From Aminithiophilus ramosus (GTDB lineage Bacteria > Synergistota > Synergistia > Synergistales > Aminithiophilaceae): 32,000 nucleotides of DNA. A model generated the notes under the pieces. It had not been told where the DNA came from. It did not search any database and saw only the letters and a list, made by a program, of their open reading frames with translations. Below are positions 1 through 10,248 of this stretch, one piece after another (positions within the stretch are counted from its first letter, which is position 1; each line of letters begins with the position of its first letter). The translations under genes were made by a program, and so were the position numbers. The stretch covers positions 1,581,453-1,613,452 of the forward strand of contig NZ_CP072943.1 of NCBI RefSeq assembly GCF_018069705.1, written 5' to 3'.

Positions 1-48
1 GCAACGACCGTCGCGAGGAATAGGGCTCCCTTCGGCGGTAGCGGTTCC

Positions 49-981
49 CTAGACATACCGTGAGAGGAGAGATTTCCAGCGCCGCAGGGGCTCCTGGGCA
101 GTCGGTCTGTAACGCTCCCAGGCTTCGAGGACCTTGCCGACATCGCGCCCCATTTGAGCGGCCAACTCTTCGGGACAACCGAAGCGCATCTCCTCGCGCA
201 GCCTCTTCAGGATAAAAACGGGAAGACTCTGTCCGTAAAGGTCTCCGTTGAAGCCGGGAAAGTGCACCTCGAAGCGAAGGGATCGTCGCCCCTCGAAGGT
301 GGGATTGAAGCCGACGTTCAGCGCTCCCGGCCTCCACTCCTCCCCGACGAGGGCCGCCGTCGCGTAGACGCCGCGCTCCGGGAAGATCTTCCCCTGCGGA
401 AGGGAAAGGTTCGCCGTCGGGAAGCCCAAGGTTCTGCCCCTGCGGTCGCCGGGAACGACGACACCGACGGCGAAAAAGGGGTAGCCGAGCAGTTCCGAAG
501 CGGCGACGACGTCGCCGCCGGCGATCTTCTGGCGCAGAAGAGTGCTGCTGACAGACTGGCCGTCGAGAACGAGCTGGGGTAGAACGGCCACACGCCAACG
601 GCGACGGCGACAGCTCTCGGTCAGCTGAACCACATCGCCTTTCCTCGACTGGCCGTAGCGGAAATCGTCGCCGACGACGAGGCCCGAGACATCGATGTTT
701 TTGGCCAGAAAGTCCATGAAAGCCTCAGGGGCCAGCTCTGCCAGCCATCGAGTGAAATCGATCTTGATCAGATTGGGAATTCGCAGAAAGCGGGCGATGA
801 GATCACGTTCGCTTTCGCTGAAGAGGGCGGGACGCGGCGAGGGGGAAAGGACCATCTGAGGATGGGGAGAAAAGGTCACGACGGCCCATCTTGCCTCGTC
901 TTCGGCAAGTGACGCGGCCTTTTCCAACAGTTTCTGATGGCCCCGATGAAACCCGTCGAAAGCTCCGAGGGTGAGGATCAA
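49..981 (-). CDS. ribF: Bifunctional riboflavin kinase / FAD synthetase
   Basis: ORF 49..1155 contains LTLGAFDGFHRGHQKLL (nucleotidyltransferase motif) and a C-terminal GRTLGFPTANL flavokinase motif. The likely start is TTG at 981, preceded by gggaggaaataag and just after the truB stop. The upstream extension to 1155 overlaps truB and is probably not translated. Confidence 0.93.
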   Translation of the reverse strand: MILTLGAFDGFHRGHQKLLEKAASLAEDEARWAVVTFSPHPQMVLSPSPRPALFSESERDLIARFLRIPNLIKIDFTRWLAELAPEAFMDFLAKNIDVSGLVVGDDFRYGQSRKGDVVQLTESCRRRRWRVAVLPQLVLDGQSVSSTLLRQKIAGGDVVAASELLGYPFFAVGVVVPGDRRGRTLGFPTANLSLPQGKIFPERGVYATAALVGEEWRPGALNVGFNPTFEGRRSLRFEVHFPGFNGDLYGQSLPVFILKRLREEMRFGCPEELAAQMGRDVGKVLEAWERYRPTAQEPLRRWKSLLSRYV

Positions 982-982
982 C

Positions 983-1900
983 TTATTTCCTCCCAAGAAA
1001 GATGTTGGCTCGCGGCTGAAAATACCCTCTTTCTTTTTCGAGGGAGCCGAAGCTGAGGAGCGATTCCCCGCGGAAACAGAGAAAGCGCTCCGAAGGTACG
1101 ACGCCGTAATGAAGCCTTCGCCCCTCTGCGAGAGGCACCGCATTGCCGTGGGCAAGAGCCGCGGCGGTTCGTTCCTGGCAACGGTAGGTCGTGAAATGAG
1201 AACAGAGCCGATCGGGGGGCAGAAAGAAGGCGGCGAGTTGCTCCGCCGATAGGTCTCTCAGATGAGAGCCGCAGATGGCCTCGGCCTCGGAAAGATCGCC
1301 CAGGCCGATCCGACGCAAATCGACGACCGTCGCCCCACATCGAAGGCGATAGCCCAGATCGCGGACGAGGCTTCGCACGTAGGTTCCCTGGTGGCAATCG
1401 ACTTCGAGGTCGACGGTACCTTCCGGACGGAGGGGGGAAACCCGGCGAACGTCTCCGATCCAGATCGGCCTCGGTTCGATCTGAAAATCCTCGCCCTGGC
1501 GGGCCAACGCGTGAGCTCTTTTCCCCTGGACGTGGACGGCGGAAATGCGCGGAGGAGTCTGGAGTCGGTAACCGAGAAAGGGGAGAAGCTCTCTGTCGAA
1601 GGCCTCCTCGGAGACATGATCCCAGGGAAGGCGGGCGAGAACCGTTCCCTCTCCGTCACAGGTGTCGGTCTCGACGCCAAGCTGAATGCGGACGACGTAG
1701 CGTTTGGGAAGAGCCATGGCGTAGCCGCTGGCCCGAGTGAAAGGACCGACGAGCAGCAGAAGGAGTCCCGAAGCCGGTGAATCGAGCGTGCCGGCATGAC
1801 CGACGCGGGTTTTTTTGCCCAAAATGGACCGGACGATCGAGACGCAACTTGTGCTTCTCCGACCGCGATCCTTATCGATCAGGAGCAGGCCCTCATTCAT
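983..1900 (-). CDS. truB: tRNA pseudouridine(55) synthase TruB
   Basis: Protein contains GLLLIDKDRG, RVGHAGTLDSPASGLLLLLVG and YVVRIQLGVETDTCDGEG, which are TruB motifs. Confidence 0.95.
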   Translation of the reverse strand: MNEGLLLIDKDRGRRSTSCVSIVRSILGKKTRVGHAGTLDSPASGLLLLLVGPFTRASGYAMALPKRYVVRIQLGVETDTCDGEGTVLARLPWDHVSEEAFDRELLPFLGYRLQTPPRISAVHVQGKRAHALARQGEDFQIEPRPIWIGDVRRVSPLRPEGTVDLEVDCHQGTYVRSLVRDLGYRLRCGATVVDLRRIGLGDLSEAEAICGSHLRDLSAEQLAAFFLPPDRLCSHFTTYRCQERTAAALAHGNAVPLAEGRRLHYGVVPSERFLCFRGESLLSFGSLEKERGYFQPRANIFLGRK

Positions 1901-2876
1901 AGAGGGCCTCTATCTCCCGGATCACGATCTGCCGGGCCTCCGACAAAGGCATCTCCAGGCGACAGCCGGCCGCCTGGCGGTGACCGCCTCCGGACCAGCG
2001 CCGAGCCAGGTCGCCCGCCGCGACGGGACCACAGGATCGAAGGCTGATTCGCGTCAGCTGAGGCTGTTCCGTGAGCAGAGCAGCGAAGGTAACCCCCTGA
2101 AGGGACATCAGTTCGTTGACGAGTCCTTCCGTTTCGTCGGCCGTCGCTCCCGTCTCGGAAAAATCGTCCAGGGCGACCCAGGAGATCAGAGCTTTTCCGT
2201 CAGCCACGGCAAGAGCGCGGGAAAAGACTCGTCCCCAGAGATGCAGGGCCGCGAGGGATCGGTTGTTGTAAATGAGACGACTGACCTCGTCGGGGCGGAG
2301 GCCCCTTTCTATCAGATCTGCCGCCATAAGATGGCTGAAGGGTGTCGTCGAAGAGAAGGAAAACCGACCGCAGTCGGTAACAAGACCTGTATAGAGGGCA
2401 AGGGCCTCCTCTTTTCCCAGCGGCCATCCCGACTGCAGGGCCAGATCCCAGATGAGCTCGGCCGTGCTCGATGCCTCGGGGTAGACGATGTTGACGTCGC
2501 CGAAGCGTTCGTTGTCGCGATGATGGTCGATGACCAGCAGGGGAAGACCGGAGGGGCGCTCTTCCATCGCGGAGATGGATCTGTCCCGATTGCTCGTGTC
2601 GAGACAAACGACAAGATCGACGGTCCGAAAAAGCTCGTGACCGTCGACGATGAGGCGGTAGCCATCGCTTTCCGGCAGGAAGCGGTAACCTGCCGGAAAG
2701 CGATCGGCGCCTCCCCAGAGAACTCTTTTCCCCAGTTTGCGGCCCAGGCCGGCGAGAGCGGCGCCGGAACCCAGGGCATCGCCGTCGGGTTTTTCGTGGA
2801 CGACGATGCCCCAACGCTCCGCTTCGGTCAGAAGGGCCTGTGCCTCTCCCCACTCAATGGGCAGACTCTTCGTCAA
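1893..2876 (-). CDS. nrnA: DHH-family phosphoesterase (NrnA-like oligoribonuclease/pAp phosphatase)
   Basis: ORF 1893..2945 with HEKPDGDALGSGAAL, CLDTSNRDR, LVIDHHRDNERFG and a C-terminal GGGHRQAAG (DHHA1) motif. The probable start is TTG at 2876 with an upstream ggagg; ATG at 2891 is an alternative. Confidence 0.88.
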   Translation of the reverse strand: MTKSLPIEWGEAQALLTEAERWGIVVHEKPDGDALGSGAALAGLGRKLGKRVLWGGADRFPAGYRFLPESDGYRLIVDGHELFRTVDLVVCLDTSNRDRSISAMEERPSGLPLLVIDHHRDNERFGDVNIVYPEASSTAELIWDLALQSGWPLGKEEALALYTGLVTDCGRFSFSSTTPFSHLMAADLIERGLRPDEVSRLIYNNRSLAALHLWGRVFSRALAVADGKALISWVALDDFSETGATADETEGLVNELMSLQGVTFAALLTEQPQLTRISLRSCGPVAAGDLARRWSGGGHRQAAGCRLEMPLSEARQIVIREIEALYE

Positions 2877-3228
2877 CAGGCGTCCTCCCATCTTTATGAA
2901 TGGAATCGAGAAGACAATCCATCTTGCGGGCCTTTTCCTCTGCAAAATCCACGAGAAAATGCAACTCGGGGATGACCCTCAGACGCAAGACCTTGCCGAG
3001 ATGGCTCCGAATCTGCCCGGCGACGTTAGTCAAAGCGCCCTGGACGATCGTTCTTCTTTCGGGATCAAGCGTGATGAAATAGATTTTCGCGTGGCCCAGG
3101 TCTTTGGAACAAGTGACTTCGGTGAGGATGGCCTCCCGAGCCGTTTCATTCTTGATATCCTTATGCAGAAGGTCATTGATGACGCGAAGAAGCTCTTTGT
3201 TGATTCTTTCAATCCGAAAAGTCGCCAT
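2854..3228 (-). CDS. rbfA: Ribosome-binding factor A
   Basis: MATFRIERINKELLRVINDLLHKDIKNE...LTEVTCSKDLGHAKIYF is typical of RbfA, and the gene sits in a nusA-infB operon. ATG at 3228. Confidence 0.9.
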   Translation of the reverse strand: MATFRIERINKELLRVINDLLHKDIKNETAREAILTEVTCSKDLGHAKIYFITLDPERRTIVQGALTNVAGQIRSHLGKVLRLRVIPELHFLVDFAEEKARKMDCLLDSIHKDGRTPVDEESAH

Positions 3229-3535
3229 AGACTTCGACCTCCCGTCTGCTTTCCCGGATTTCGAAAAAAGCCTGTTCTTCCAGACGACAGATCTGTCGTT
3301 CCAGTGAATCAATGAACCGCGACGCCGATTCGATCGAAGATCCGGCAACGGCAAAGAGGAGGCAGGCCTCGGTGTGGCTCCCGAGCGGCCCCACATCGGC
3401 AACGGAAACGTTCTGCCTCCGCGTCTTATCGATGAGGGAGCGGACGATGCGGCGCCTGTCTTTCAGGCTCGTCGCCTGAGGGAGAAAAATCCGCAGCCAG
3501 AAGACGCCCAGGGAGGGGACAAGCCGTCGGTTCAC
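3209..3535 (-). CDS. DUF503 family protein (YlxP-like)
   Basis: Small protein GVFWLRIFLPQATSLKDRRRIVRSLIDKTRRQNVSVADVG between infB and rbfA, matching the known position and pattern of DUF503/YlxP. Confidence 0.82.
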   Translation of the reverse strand: MNRRLVPSLGVFWLRIFLPQATSLKDRRRIVRSLIDKTRRQNVSVADVGPLGSHTEACLLFAVAGSSIESASRFIDSLERQICRLEEQAFFEIRESRREVEVYGDFSD

Positions 3536-3541
3536 AGACGT

Positions 3542-5503
3542 TTAGAGGCTCCGTTTTTCCTCGATGATCTCGAAAACTTCCACGATGTCGTTTTCGCTGA
3601 AGTCTTGGAAGTTGGTGAAGCTCATGCCACATTCGTAGCCTGCGGCGACTTCACGAACATCGTCTTTGAACCGTTTGAGGCTGGAGAGAGAGCCCTCCCA
3701 GTAGACGATGCCGTCACGAACGAGACGAACTTTCGCGTTTCGTCTGACGATCCCGTCAAGAACGTAGCAACCGGCGATTTTGCCCGCTTTGGGAACTTTG
3801 AAGGCAGCCCGTATCTCGACTTGGCCGATGACCTTTTCTCTCAGGGTCGGAGCCAGCATGCCCTCGAGGGCGGCCCGGACATCGTCGATGATGTCGTAAA
3901 TGACACGGTAGAGGCGTATCTGGACGCCCTGGCTGTCGGAGATCTTTTTTGCATTGGCGTCGGGGCGAACGTCAAATCCGATGATGATGGCATTGGAGGC
4001 GGCGGCCAGCATGACATCCGACTCGGAGATCCGGCCGACTCCGACATGGACGATACTGATTCCCACTTCGTCGGTGGCCAGCTTCTCGAGGGAGGCCCTG
4101 ATGGCCTCGGCCGTCCCCTGAACGTCGCACTTGAGGACGACGTTCAGCTGCGGCACCTCTCCCTGCTGCATCTGACTGTAGAGCTCCTCAAGTGTCATTC
4201 TCTTGACGCGGTTTTCCTGTTCCCGGCGGCGTCTCAGCTCTTCGATGTCGGCGATATGGCCTCGTGCCTCGCGCTCGCTTCCGACGCGATGGAAACGCTC
4301 GCCGGGCTGCGGGACGTCGGAAAGGCCCAGGAGTTCGACGGGCATGCTGGGACCGGCCTCGTCGACGTAGTTGCCGGAGGCGTCGATCATGGCCCGGATA
4401 CGGCCCGTCGTCGTATCGGTAAGGACAATGTCGCCTCGATGAAGCGTGCCCTGGCGGACGATGACGGTGGCGACGGGACCCTTCCCCTTGTCCAGTTCGG
4501 CCTCGACGACGACGCCTTCGGGCTCGACGGCGGGGTCGGCCCGAAGCTCCAACATTTCCGCCAGGATAAGGATCATTTCCAGGAGATTATCGATGCCGAT
4601 ACCCTGCTTTGCCGAGATTTCGACGACGATCGTGTCGCCGCCCCATTCCTCGGGGACCAGGCCCTGGTCGGAGAGCTGCTGACGGATCTTATCGGGATTG
4701 GCTCCGGCCTTATCGATTTTATTGAGGGCGACGATGATGGGAACCCCTGCCGCCTTGGCGTGATTGAGGGCCTCGATCGTCTGGGGCATGACACCGTCAT
4801 CGGCGGCGACGACGAGGATGGCGATATCCGTGACCTGGGCGCCCCTCGCCCTCATGGAGGTGAAGGCGGCGTGTCCCGGCGTGTCGAGAAAAACGATGCG
4901 CTTGGCGTTGTAGGACACGACGGAGGCACCGATATGCTGGGTAATGCCTCCGGCTTCGCGGTCGGCGACGCGGGTGTGACGGATGTGGTCGAGGAGTGTC
5001 GTCTTGCCGTGATCGACGTGTCCCATGACCGTCACGATGGGCGGACGCTCGACGAGGTTGTCTCCTTTGGGCTGAGGGCGAGAGTTCTTCTCGGCAAGTG
5101 GCTGTTCATCGGAGGCGGCGACGAGTTTCTTGCCGAAGGCGACACCCAAGGCCTCCAGGACGGCCGAATCGGCCGGAGCCCCTGCGGGCACCATCATTCC
5201 GGCCTCGACGAGGCGTTTGACGACGTCACCGGCAGGCACGCAGAGCACTTTGGCCACATCACCGACGGACGAGCCAGAGGGAACGGTGAGGCAGACCATG
5301 GCACCGTCCTCCTCTGCAGGAGGGGTGACCTCTTTTTTGGGCGATTTGATCGTATCTTCCACGAGCTGAGCGGTTTCCGTGTCTATGGAGCTCATGTGGG
5401 TTTTGACGTCAACTTTAAGCGATTCGAGGATCTCCATCAACTCCTTGTTCGACATGTCCAGCATTTTGGCAAGTTCATAAACGCGAATTTTACTCAATGG
5501 CAT
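3542..5503 (-). CDS. infB: Translation initiation factor IF-2
   Basis: ORF with N-terminal IF2 domain ([26 protein letters not shown]), G-domain [24 protein letters not shown] and NKIDKAGAN. Start assigned to ATG at 5503. Confidence 0.97.
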   Translation of the reverse strand: MPLSKIRVYELAKMLDMSNKELMEILESLKVDVKTHMSSIDTETAQLVEDTIKSPKKEVTPPAEEDGAMVCLTVPSGSSVGDVAKVLCVPAGDVVKRLVEAGMMVPAGAPADSAVLEALGVAFGKKLVAASDEQPLAEKNSRPQPKGDNLVERPPIVTVMGHVDHGKTTLLDHIRHTRVADREAGGITQHIGASVVSYNAKRIVFLDTPGHAAFTSMRARGAQVTDIAILVVAADDGVMPQTIEALNHAKAAGVPIIVALNKIDKAGANPDKIRQQLSDQGLVPEEWGGDTIVVEISAKQGIGIDNLLEMILILAEMLELRADPAVEPEGVVVEAELDKGKGPVATVIVRQGTLHRGDIVLTDTTTGRIRAMIDASGNYVDEAGPSMPVELLGLSDVPQPGERFHRVGSEREARGHIADIEELRRRREQENRVKRMTLEELYSQMQQGEVPQLNVVLKCDVQGTAEAIRASLEKLATDEVGISIVHVGVGRISESDVMLAAASNAIIIGFDVRPDANAKKISDSQGVQIRLYRVIYDIIDDVRAALEGMLAPTLREKVIGQVEIRAAFKVPKAGKIAGCYVLDGIVRRNAKVRLVRDGIVYWEGSLSSLKRFKDDVREVAAGYECGMSFTNFQDFSENDIVEVFEIIEEKRSL

Positions 5504-5843
5504 CGACCCCCTCGTCAAGCAGCGACTCCAGGCGGCGCGCCAGGCCATGTTCTCTGGGCAGACCCAGGACCTGAGCCGGAGGAAATCCCCCCGCCGCGGC
5601 AATATCCGTTACGTTCAGTCCCTTGAGGACATAGGATTTACACATACCTCGCTCCTCATAACCACGAAAGAGGCGACGGACGTTCTCCCGGACATCGCCG
5701 GGAAAGATGAGGAGAAAGGGGGAGCCCTTCCTCAGGCTCCGTCGCATCTGATCTTGGCCAATGACGAGAAGCCGCGCCCGCCGCGCCAACCCAAGAAGAG
5801 CCAAGGCCTCCCGGATCGTCCCGGAGATCTCCGGCTCGCTCAA
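5490..5843 (-). CDS. L7Ae/L30e-family ribosomal-like protein (YlxQ-like)
   Basis: The C-terminal part of ORF 5490..6143 reads EALALLGLARRARLLVIGQDQMRRSLRKGSPFLLIFPGDVREN. The in-frame TTG at 5843 forms a TTGA overlap with the ylxR stop. Confidence 0.75.
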   Translation of the reverse strand: MSEPEISGTIREALALLGLARRARLLVIGQDQMRRSLRKGSPFLLIFPGDVRENVRRLFRGYEERGMCKSYVLKGLNVTDIAAAGGFPPAQVLGLPREHGLARRLESLLDEGVDAIE

Positions 5844-6133
5844 GAGGGGTCCTCTTCCGGGCAGAGGGCGAGAAGTTCCTCGTAAAGTTCGGGGGATAAG
5901 GACACGCGAAGGGTTCGGGCTAAGGCGTTTCTCTTGCGTGCCGACTCGACGCAGCTCCTCTTCCGGCAGAGATAGGCTCCGCGACCAGGCGCTCGGCCGG
6001 ACGTGTCGATTGCCACTCCCCCCGCGGAATCGCGGGCAACACGGAACATCTCCCTCTTGGGGTTTTCCTCGCCACAGCCGACACAGGTTCTGGGACGGCT
6101 GCGTTTGTCCCGCGTCTTTAGGGCTTCTGCCAT
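5840..6133 (-). CDS. ylxR: YlxR (DUF448) family RNA-binding protein
   Basis: RPRTCVGCGEENPKREMFRVAR...GRAPGRGAYLCRKRSCVESARKRNAL is the YlxR signature, located between nusA and infB. Confidence 0.92.
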   Translation of the reverse strand: MAEALKTRDKRSRPRTCVGCGEENPKREMFRVARDSAGGVAIDTSGRAPGRGAYLCRKRSCVESARKRNALARTLRVSLSPELYEELLALCPEEDPS

Positions 6134-7239
6134 AGCTCCTCATCGCTTCCCTTGACTATTATATCTTCAAAGAGATCCTGCAATGTCGGAAGACGTTCCG
6201 GTTCGATCACCTTGATATCGATCTTCCATCCCGTAAGGCGTGCGCCGAGGCGCACATTCTGGCCGGCTTTGCCGATGGCCAGGGAGAGCTGATCGGGACG
6301 CACGTAGGCTCGTACCGACCGTTCCTGCTCGAGGATGGGTTCTACGCGCATGACCTTGGCCGGAGAAAGAGCGTTGCGGATATAGGCGAGGCTATCTCCG
6401 TTCCAGAGAATGATATCGATACGTTCGCCGCCCAGCTCATCACTGACGGAACGGATACGCGTGCCGTTGTTGCCCACACAGGCCCCTATGGGGTCGACGT
6501 TGGCGTCGAGGGAAGCGACCGCCACCTTGGCCCTCGCTCCAGCCTCGCGGACAATGCCTCGGATCTCCACGGTCCCCTCCTGGATTTCGGGAACCTCCAT
6601 CTCCAGCAGACGGCGCAGAAGGCCGGGATGGGTCCTGGAGACGACGATACGGGGCCCGCGCGTCGTGCGACGAACATCGAGAAGATAGAACTTCATCCTC
6701 GTACCCATTTCATATTTTTCGCCGACGATACGCTCCTCCCTGGGCAGGATAGCCTCGGTCCTGTCGTTTAAGCGAACAAGAGCCTGATCACCCTCGGACT
6801 TGAAAATGACGCCGTTGACGAGATCGCCGATGCGGTCGGAGAATTCCTCGAAGATGATCTGGCGCTCGGCGTCCTTCAGTCTCTGAATGATGACCTGGCG
6901 GGCCGTCTGAGCCGCGATGCGCCCGAAATCTTCGGGCTGAACTTCCATACGAAGCAGGTCGCCCGAGACAAGCCCCTCGTAACCGAGTTCGGCAGCCTCA
7001 AGAGGTGTGATTTCCGTATCCTCGGAGGAGACGTCATCGACGACCTGACGGACCTCGTAGATCGTAATCTCGCCCATATCCTTATCGAGAAGAACCTCGA
7101 CGTTCTGGTTGCCGCCTTTGTGCTTTCTGTAGGCGGAAACCAGCGCCGCCTCCAGACTGGCAATGATAACCTCCGATGAGAGCCCCTTGTCCTGTTCGAT
7201 CTGGATCAGGGCGCGGGCAAAATCACGGCCGAGCTGCAT
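6118..7239 (-). CDS. nusA: Transcription termination/antitermination protein NusA
   Basis: 373 aa with N-terminal NusA domain, S1 (GVIFKSEGDQALVRLN...AILPREE), and KH motifs (DPIGACVGNNGTRIRSVSDELGGERIDIILW; LSLAIGKAGQNVRLGARLTGWKIDI). Confidence 0.97.
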   Translation of the reverse strand: MQLGRDFARALIQIEQDKGLSSEVIIASLEAALVSAYRKHKGGNQNVEVLLDKDMGEITIYEVRQVVDDVSSEDTEITPLEAAELGYEGLVSGDLLRMEVQPEDFGRIAAQTARQVIIQRLKDAERQIIFEEFSDRIGDLVNGVIFKSEGDQALVRLNDRTEAILPREERIVGEKYEMGTRMKFYLLDVRRTTRGPRIVVSRTHPGLLRRLLEMEVPEIQEGTVEIRGIVREAGARAKVAVASLDANVDPIGACVGNNGTRIRSVSDELGGERIDIILWNGDSLAYIRNALSPAKVMRVEPILEQERSVRAYVRPDQLSLAIGKAGQNVRLGARLTGWKIDIKVIEPERLPTLQDLFEDIIVKGSDEELWQKP

Positions 7240-7254
7240 ATCCCGATTCCTCCC

Positions 7255-7728
7255 TTAACCTTTTCTCCCCTTTTGACCTTTGGGCGCCTCGTCGAAGACG
7301 AGGTGGGCCTTTACGATGATCTCAAAAGGAACGGCAATCTCGGTTCCCTCTTCGAGGAGGAGGCGAATCCCCTCATCGGAAAGGCCCTCGAGACGAGCCG
7401 TCATCTGCTTTTTCCCCTCTATTTTTTTCGACAGCTTGAGGCGAGCCTTCCGTCCGGCAAAACGCCGATAATCTTCTCGTCGAAAAAGAGGCCTCTCCAG
7501 GCCGGGCGAGCTGACTTCCAGTGTATAGCGCGTCGGGAAAATATCTTCGTGGGTATCAAGGTATTCGCTGAGATGTCGAGAAACGCGGGTACAATCATCA
7601 ACGCCAATGCCTCCGAGGCTGTCGATGTAAACCCGAAGCACGGGGAGACCCGATTCCTTGACAACCTCGACGCCGACCGGCTCATAGCCGAGGTCCTCGA
7701 CAAGAGAAGCCAATGTCTCCTGAAACAC
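7255..7728 (-). CDS. rimP: Ribosome maturation factor RimP
   Basis: FQETLASLVEDLGYEPVGVEVVKESGLPVLRVYIDS...GIGVDDCTRVSRHLSEYLD...YTLEVSSPGLERPLF. The likely start is GTG at 7728 with an aggaggtg Shine-Dalgarno; the longer ORF extends through the terminator hairpin. Confidence 0.92.
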   Translation of the reverse strand: MFQETLASLVEDLGYEPVGVEVVKESGLPVLRVYIDSLGGIGVDDCTRVSRHLSEYLDTHEDIFPTRYTLEVSSPGLERPLFRREDYRRFAGRKARLKLSKKIEGKKQMTARLEGLSDEGIRLLLEEGTEIAVPFEIIVKAHLVFDEAPKGQKGRKG

Positions 7729-7765
7729 GGACGTCACCTCCTGTTTCCGCAAGGCGATGGAGCGA

Positions 7766-7799
7766 TAAAAAACGAAGAGTGGGCGGAGCCCACTCTTCG
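7766..7799 (-). terminator. Rho-independent terminator between guaB and rimP
   Basis: Minus strand CGAAGAGTGGGC TCC GCCCACTCTTCG TTTTTT: a perfect 12-bp stem, 3-nt loop and T6 tract. Confidence 0.93.
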
Positions 7800-7834
7800 A
7801 AGCGCGCAAACGGACACGCCACCGAACACAGCAC

Positions 7835-7863
7835 ATTATAGCACCCAGAGGAGCCGTTCTCAA
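7835..7863 (-). promoter_or_regulatory. Sigma70-type promoter for the rimP-nusA-infB operon, upstream of the terminator
   Basis: Minus strand TTGAGA (7863..7858), 17-nt spacer, TATAAT (7840..7835). This is 5/6 and 6/6 matches to consensus. Confidence 0.75.
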
Positions 7864-7893
7864 GGGCACGATCCCCCCTGTAAAAAGGGATGA

Positions 7894-9369
7894 TCACTCG
7901 GCCGAATAGTTGGGCGCTTCCTTCGTCACGACCACATCGTGGGGATGGCTTTCCTTGACGGAGGCACTGGTGATTTTGACGAAACGACCTTTTTCGTGCA
8001 GGTCTGCCACGTCGGCGGCACCGACATATCCCATGCCGGCCCGGAGTCCTCCGACGAGCTGATAGACGACGGCCGTGAGGGGGCCTTTATAGGGAACCAT
8101 TCCTTCGATTCCTTCCGGGACCAATTTATCCTCCGACGTGTTCTCCTGGAAGTAGCGATCCTTGCTGCAGCCGCCCTTCATGGCACCCAACGATCCCATG
8201 CCTCTGTACGTCTTGAAGGAGCGCCCTCTATGAATGACCGTTTCACCCGGGCTTTCCTCCGTCCCCGCGAAAAGGGATCCGATCATCACCGTGTCCGCTC
8301 CGGCGGCAAGAGCCTTCGTGACGTCTCCGGAAAAACGGATTCCTCCGTCGGCAATGACCTTCTTGCCCCTTCCGTGGGCGACGCGGGCCACGTTGTAGAC
8401 GGCGGCCAACTGAGGAACTCCGATACCGGCGATAATACGCGTCGTGCAGATCGAACCGGGACCGACGCCGACCTTGACGCCGTCGGCTCCGGCCTCGATA
8501 AGAGCCTCGGCGGCATCGCCCGTGGCGATGTTGCCTCCGACGAGGGGAAGGTCGGGAAAGAGTCTGCGCAGGCTGCGCACGGTTTCGATGACGGCCCTGG
8601 CATGGCCGTGAGCCGTATCGACGACGAGGGCGTCGACTCCTGAGGTGACGAGGATCTTGGCTCGGTCCACGACATCGGCACCGACGCCGACGGCAGCTCC
8701 GACGCGCAGGCGGCCGTGGCTGTCCTTGTTGGCCTGAGGAAAATCTTTGACTTTCTGAAGGTCCTTGATGGTAATGAGCCCCTTCAGCTTTCCCTGACCG
8801 TCGACGATGGGGAGCTTCTCCACCTTGTGGACCATGAGGATGGACTTGGCCCCCTCCAGCGTCGTTCCCTCGGGAGCCGTGATCAGGTTCTCCTTGGTCA
8901 TGATATTGTCGATGGGCTGCTCGAAATCGGTGACGAATCGAAGGTCTCTGTTGGTGATGATGCCGACGAGGATCTTCTTTTCGTCGACGATGGGGACACC
9001 CGAGATGTGATAGTGTTCCATGAGGGCAAGGGCGGCCGTCACGGGATCGTTGGGGTTCAGGTAAAAGGGATCGACGATGACGCCCGATTCGGACCTCTTG
9101 ACCTTATCGATTTCCGCCGCCTGCTGTTCCGGTGTCTGGTTGCGGTGGACAAAGCCGATGCCGCCCTCTCGGGCAATGGCGATGGCCAACCGCCCCGTCG
9201 TGACCGTATCCATGGCGGCGCTGCAGATGGGAATATTCATGGGGATCTGGGACGTCAGGTAAGAGCCGACCTCGACGGTGGCGGGCAGGACTTCGCTGTA
9301 TCCCGGCACGAGAAGGACATCGTCGAAGGTGTATCCTTCGTAGGCGACAAATTTTTCCTCGAAACTCAT
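7894..9369 (-). CDS. guaB: Inosine-5'-monophosphate dehydrogenase
   Basis: [24 protein letters not shown] domains, [20 protein letters not shown] and [27 protein letters not shown] at 9369 is preceded by AGGAGG. Confidence 0.97.
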   Translation of the reverse strand: MSFEEKFVAYEGYTFDDVLLVPGYSEVLPATVEVGSYLTSQIPMNIPICSAAMDTVTTGRLAIAIAREGGIGFVHRNQTPEQQAAEIDKVKRSESGVIVDPFYLNPNDPVTAALALMEHYHISGVPIVDEKKILVGIITNRDLRFVTDFEQPIDNIMTKENLITAPEGTTLEGAKSILMVHKVEKLPIVDGQGKLKGLITIKDLQKVKDFPQANKDSHGRLRVGAAVGVGADVVDRAKILVTSGVDALVVDTAHGHARAVIETVRSLRRLFPDLPLVGGNIATGDAAEALIEAGADGVKVGVGPGSICTTRIIAGIGVPQLAAVYNVARVAHGRGKKVIADGGIRFSGDVTKALAAGADTVMIGSLFAGTEESPGETVIHRGRSFKTYRGMGSLGAMKGGCSKDRYFQENTSEDKLVPEGIEGMVPYKGPLTAVVYQLVGGLRAGMGYVGAADVADLHEKGRFVKITSASVKESHPHDVVVTKEAPNYSAE

Positions 9370-9506
9370 GAGAACCTCCTTGGGCAAAGCTGCCAACGCC
9401 ATGTCCCTTCAGGGGGGACAGAGGAAGAGAGAGAAGAACCCCTCTCGCATAAATTGGGAGGTAGTTTACTCCCTGGCCCTCATCCCTGCAAGGGGCATTT
9501 CCACGC

Positions 9507-10244
9507 TCAGGAGCCGCCCACTCGCGATGCCAGCCCCAAGACCTCGACGTCAAGGCGGGTCACCCCCTGCCTTCTGATGCCGAGAGCCTCTGCAGCACCG
9601 AGAGAGATGTCGAGAAGCCGTCCCTTATGTCCCTTGAAACGGTCACAGATCCTGACGACGACCTTCTTCCCCGTGCGGGGATGCGAGAGGCGCACGAGAG
9701 TGCCGAAGGGGAGATCGACGGATGCCGCCGTCAGCTGTCGGTCATCGAAGGTCTCGCCGCTGGCCATCCTGCGCCCCTGCCAGCCGTTCCCTCCGTACCA
9801 GGAGACCCTTCCCTCCGTCTGAGTCTTCCCTCCCAGCGTTGGTCGGTCATGAGGCACGGGTGAGAGACGCATCAGAGCCTCCATGAGATTGGAGAGCCAT
9901 TGGGCGGCCAGAGTCTTTCCTTTGGAACGGTGAAATCGGCAGGCTTGAGCCGTCAGCGGCAGCAGAAGCTGGCCGGCCAGGGACAGGTGCCAGCGGTCGC
10001 CTTTACCTTCGATGCGCAGGGCGCTGAGCGGGAATCCCTTTTTGTAGTGGCTGTCGAAACGGCGGGACAGGTCATTCAGCTCGCCCTTCATGGACTCGGG
10101 AAAGGTGGCGATGACGATTCCTCCCACCGTCCAGGCCAAGGCTTTACCCCTCTCCTGAATCTGGGAGGGATAGGCCTCGCCCGATGTCGCCGCAAGGACA
10201 ACAAGAAGAAGGAGAGCAAACAAAAGGCGCCGCCCCTGCCGCAT
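9507..10244 (-). CDS. Secreted RlpA-like double-psi beta-barrel (septal ring lytic transglycosylase family) protein
   Basis: N-terminal hydrophobic signal RRLLFALLLLVVLAATSGEA and C-terminal GRVSWYGGNGWQGRRMASGETFDDRQLTAASVDLPFGTLVRLSHPRTGKKVVVRICDRF...RLLDISLGAAEALG. Confidence 0.82.
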   Translation of the reverse strand: MRQGRRLLFALLLLVVLAATSGEAYPSQIQERGKALAWTVGGIVIATFPESMKGELNDLSRRFDSHYKKGFPLSALRIEGKGDRWHLSLAGQLLLPLTAQACRFHRSKGKTLAAQWLSNLMEALMRLSPVPHDRPTLGGKTQTEGRVSWYGGNGWQGRRMASGETFDDRQLTAASVDLPFGTLVRLSHPRTGKKVVVRICDRFKGHKGRLLDISLGAAEALGIRRQGVTRLDVEVLGLASRVGGS

Positions 10245-10248
10245 CTGT

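Noticed and set aside
3374-5626. 750-aa plus-strand ORF opposite infB
   Set aside because: Antisense mirror of a confident infB gene, with a low-information sequence rich in D/G/H/R. Treated as a codon-bias artefact.
9401-9420. Short element 'tcccccctgaaggga' upstream of guaB, resembling 'tcccctgaaggga' near 12570 upstream of the PIN/TRAM gene
   Set aside because: The match is only about a dozen bases of common composition, and two copies are not enough to claim a regulatory motif.
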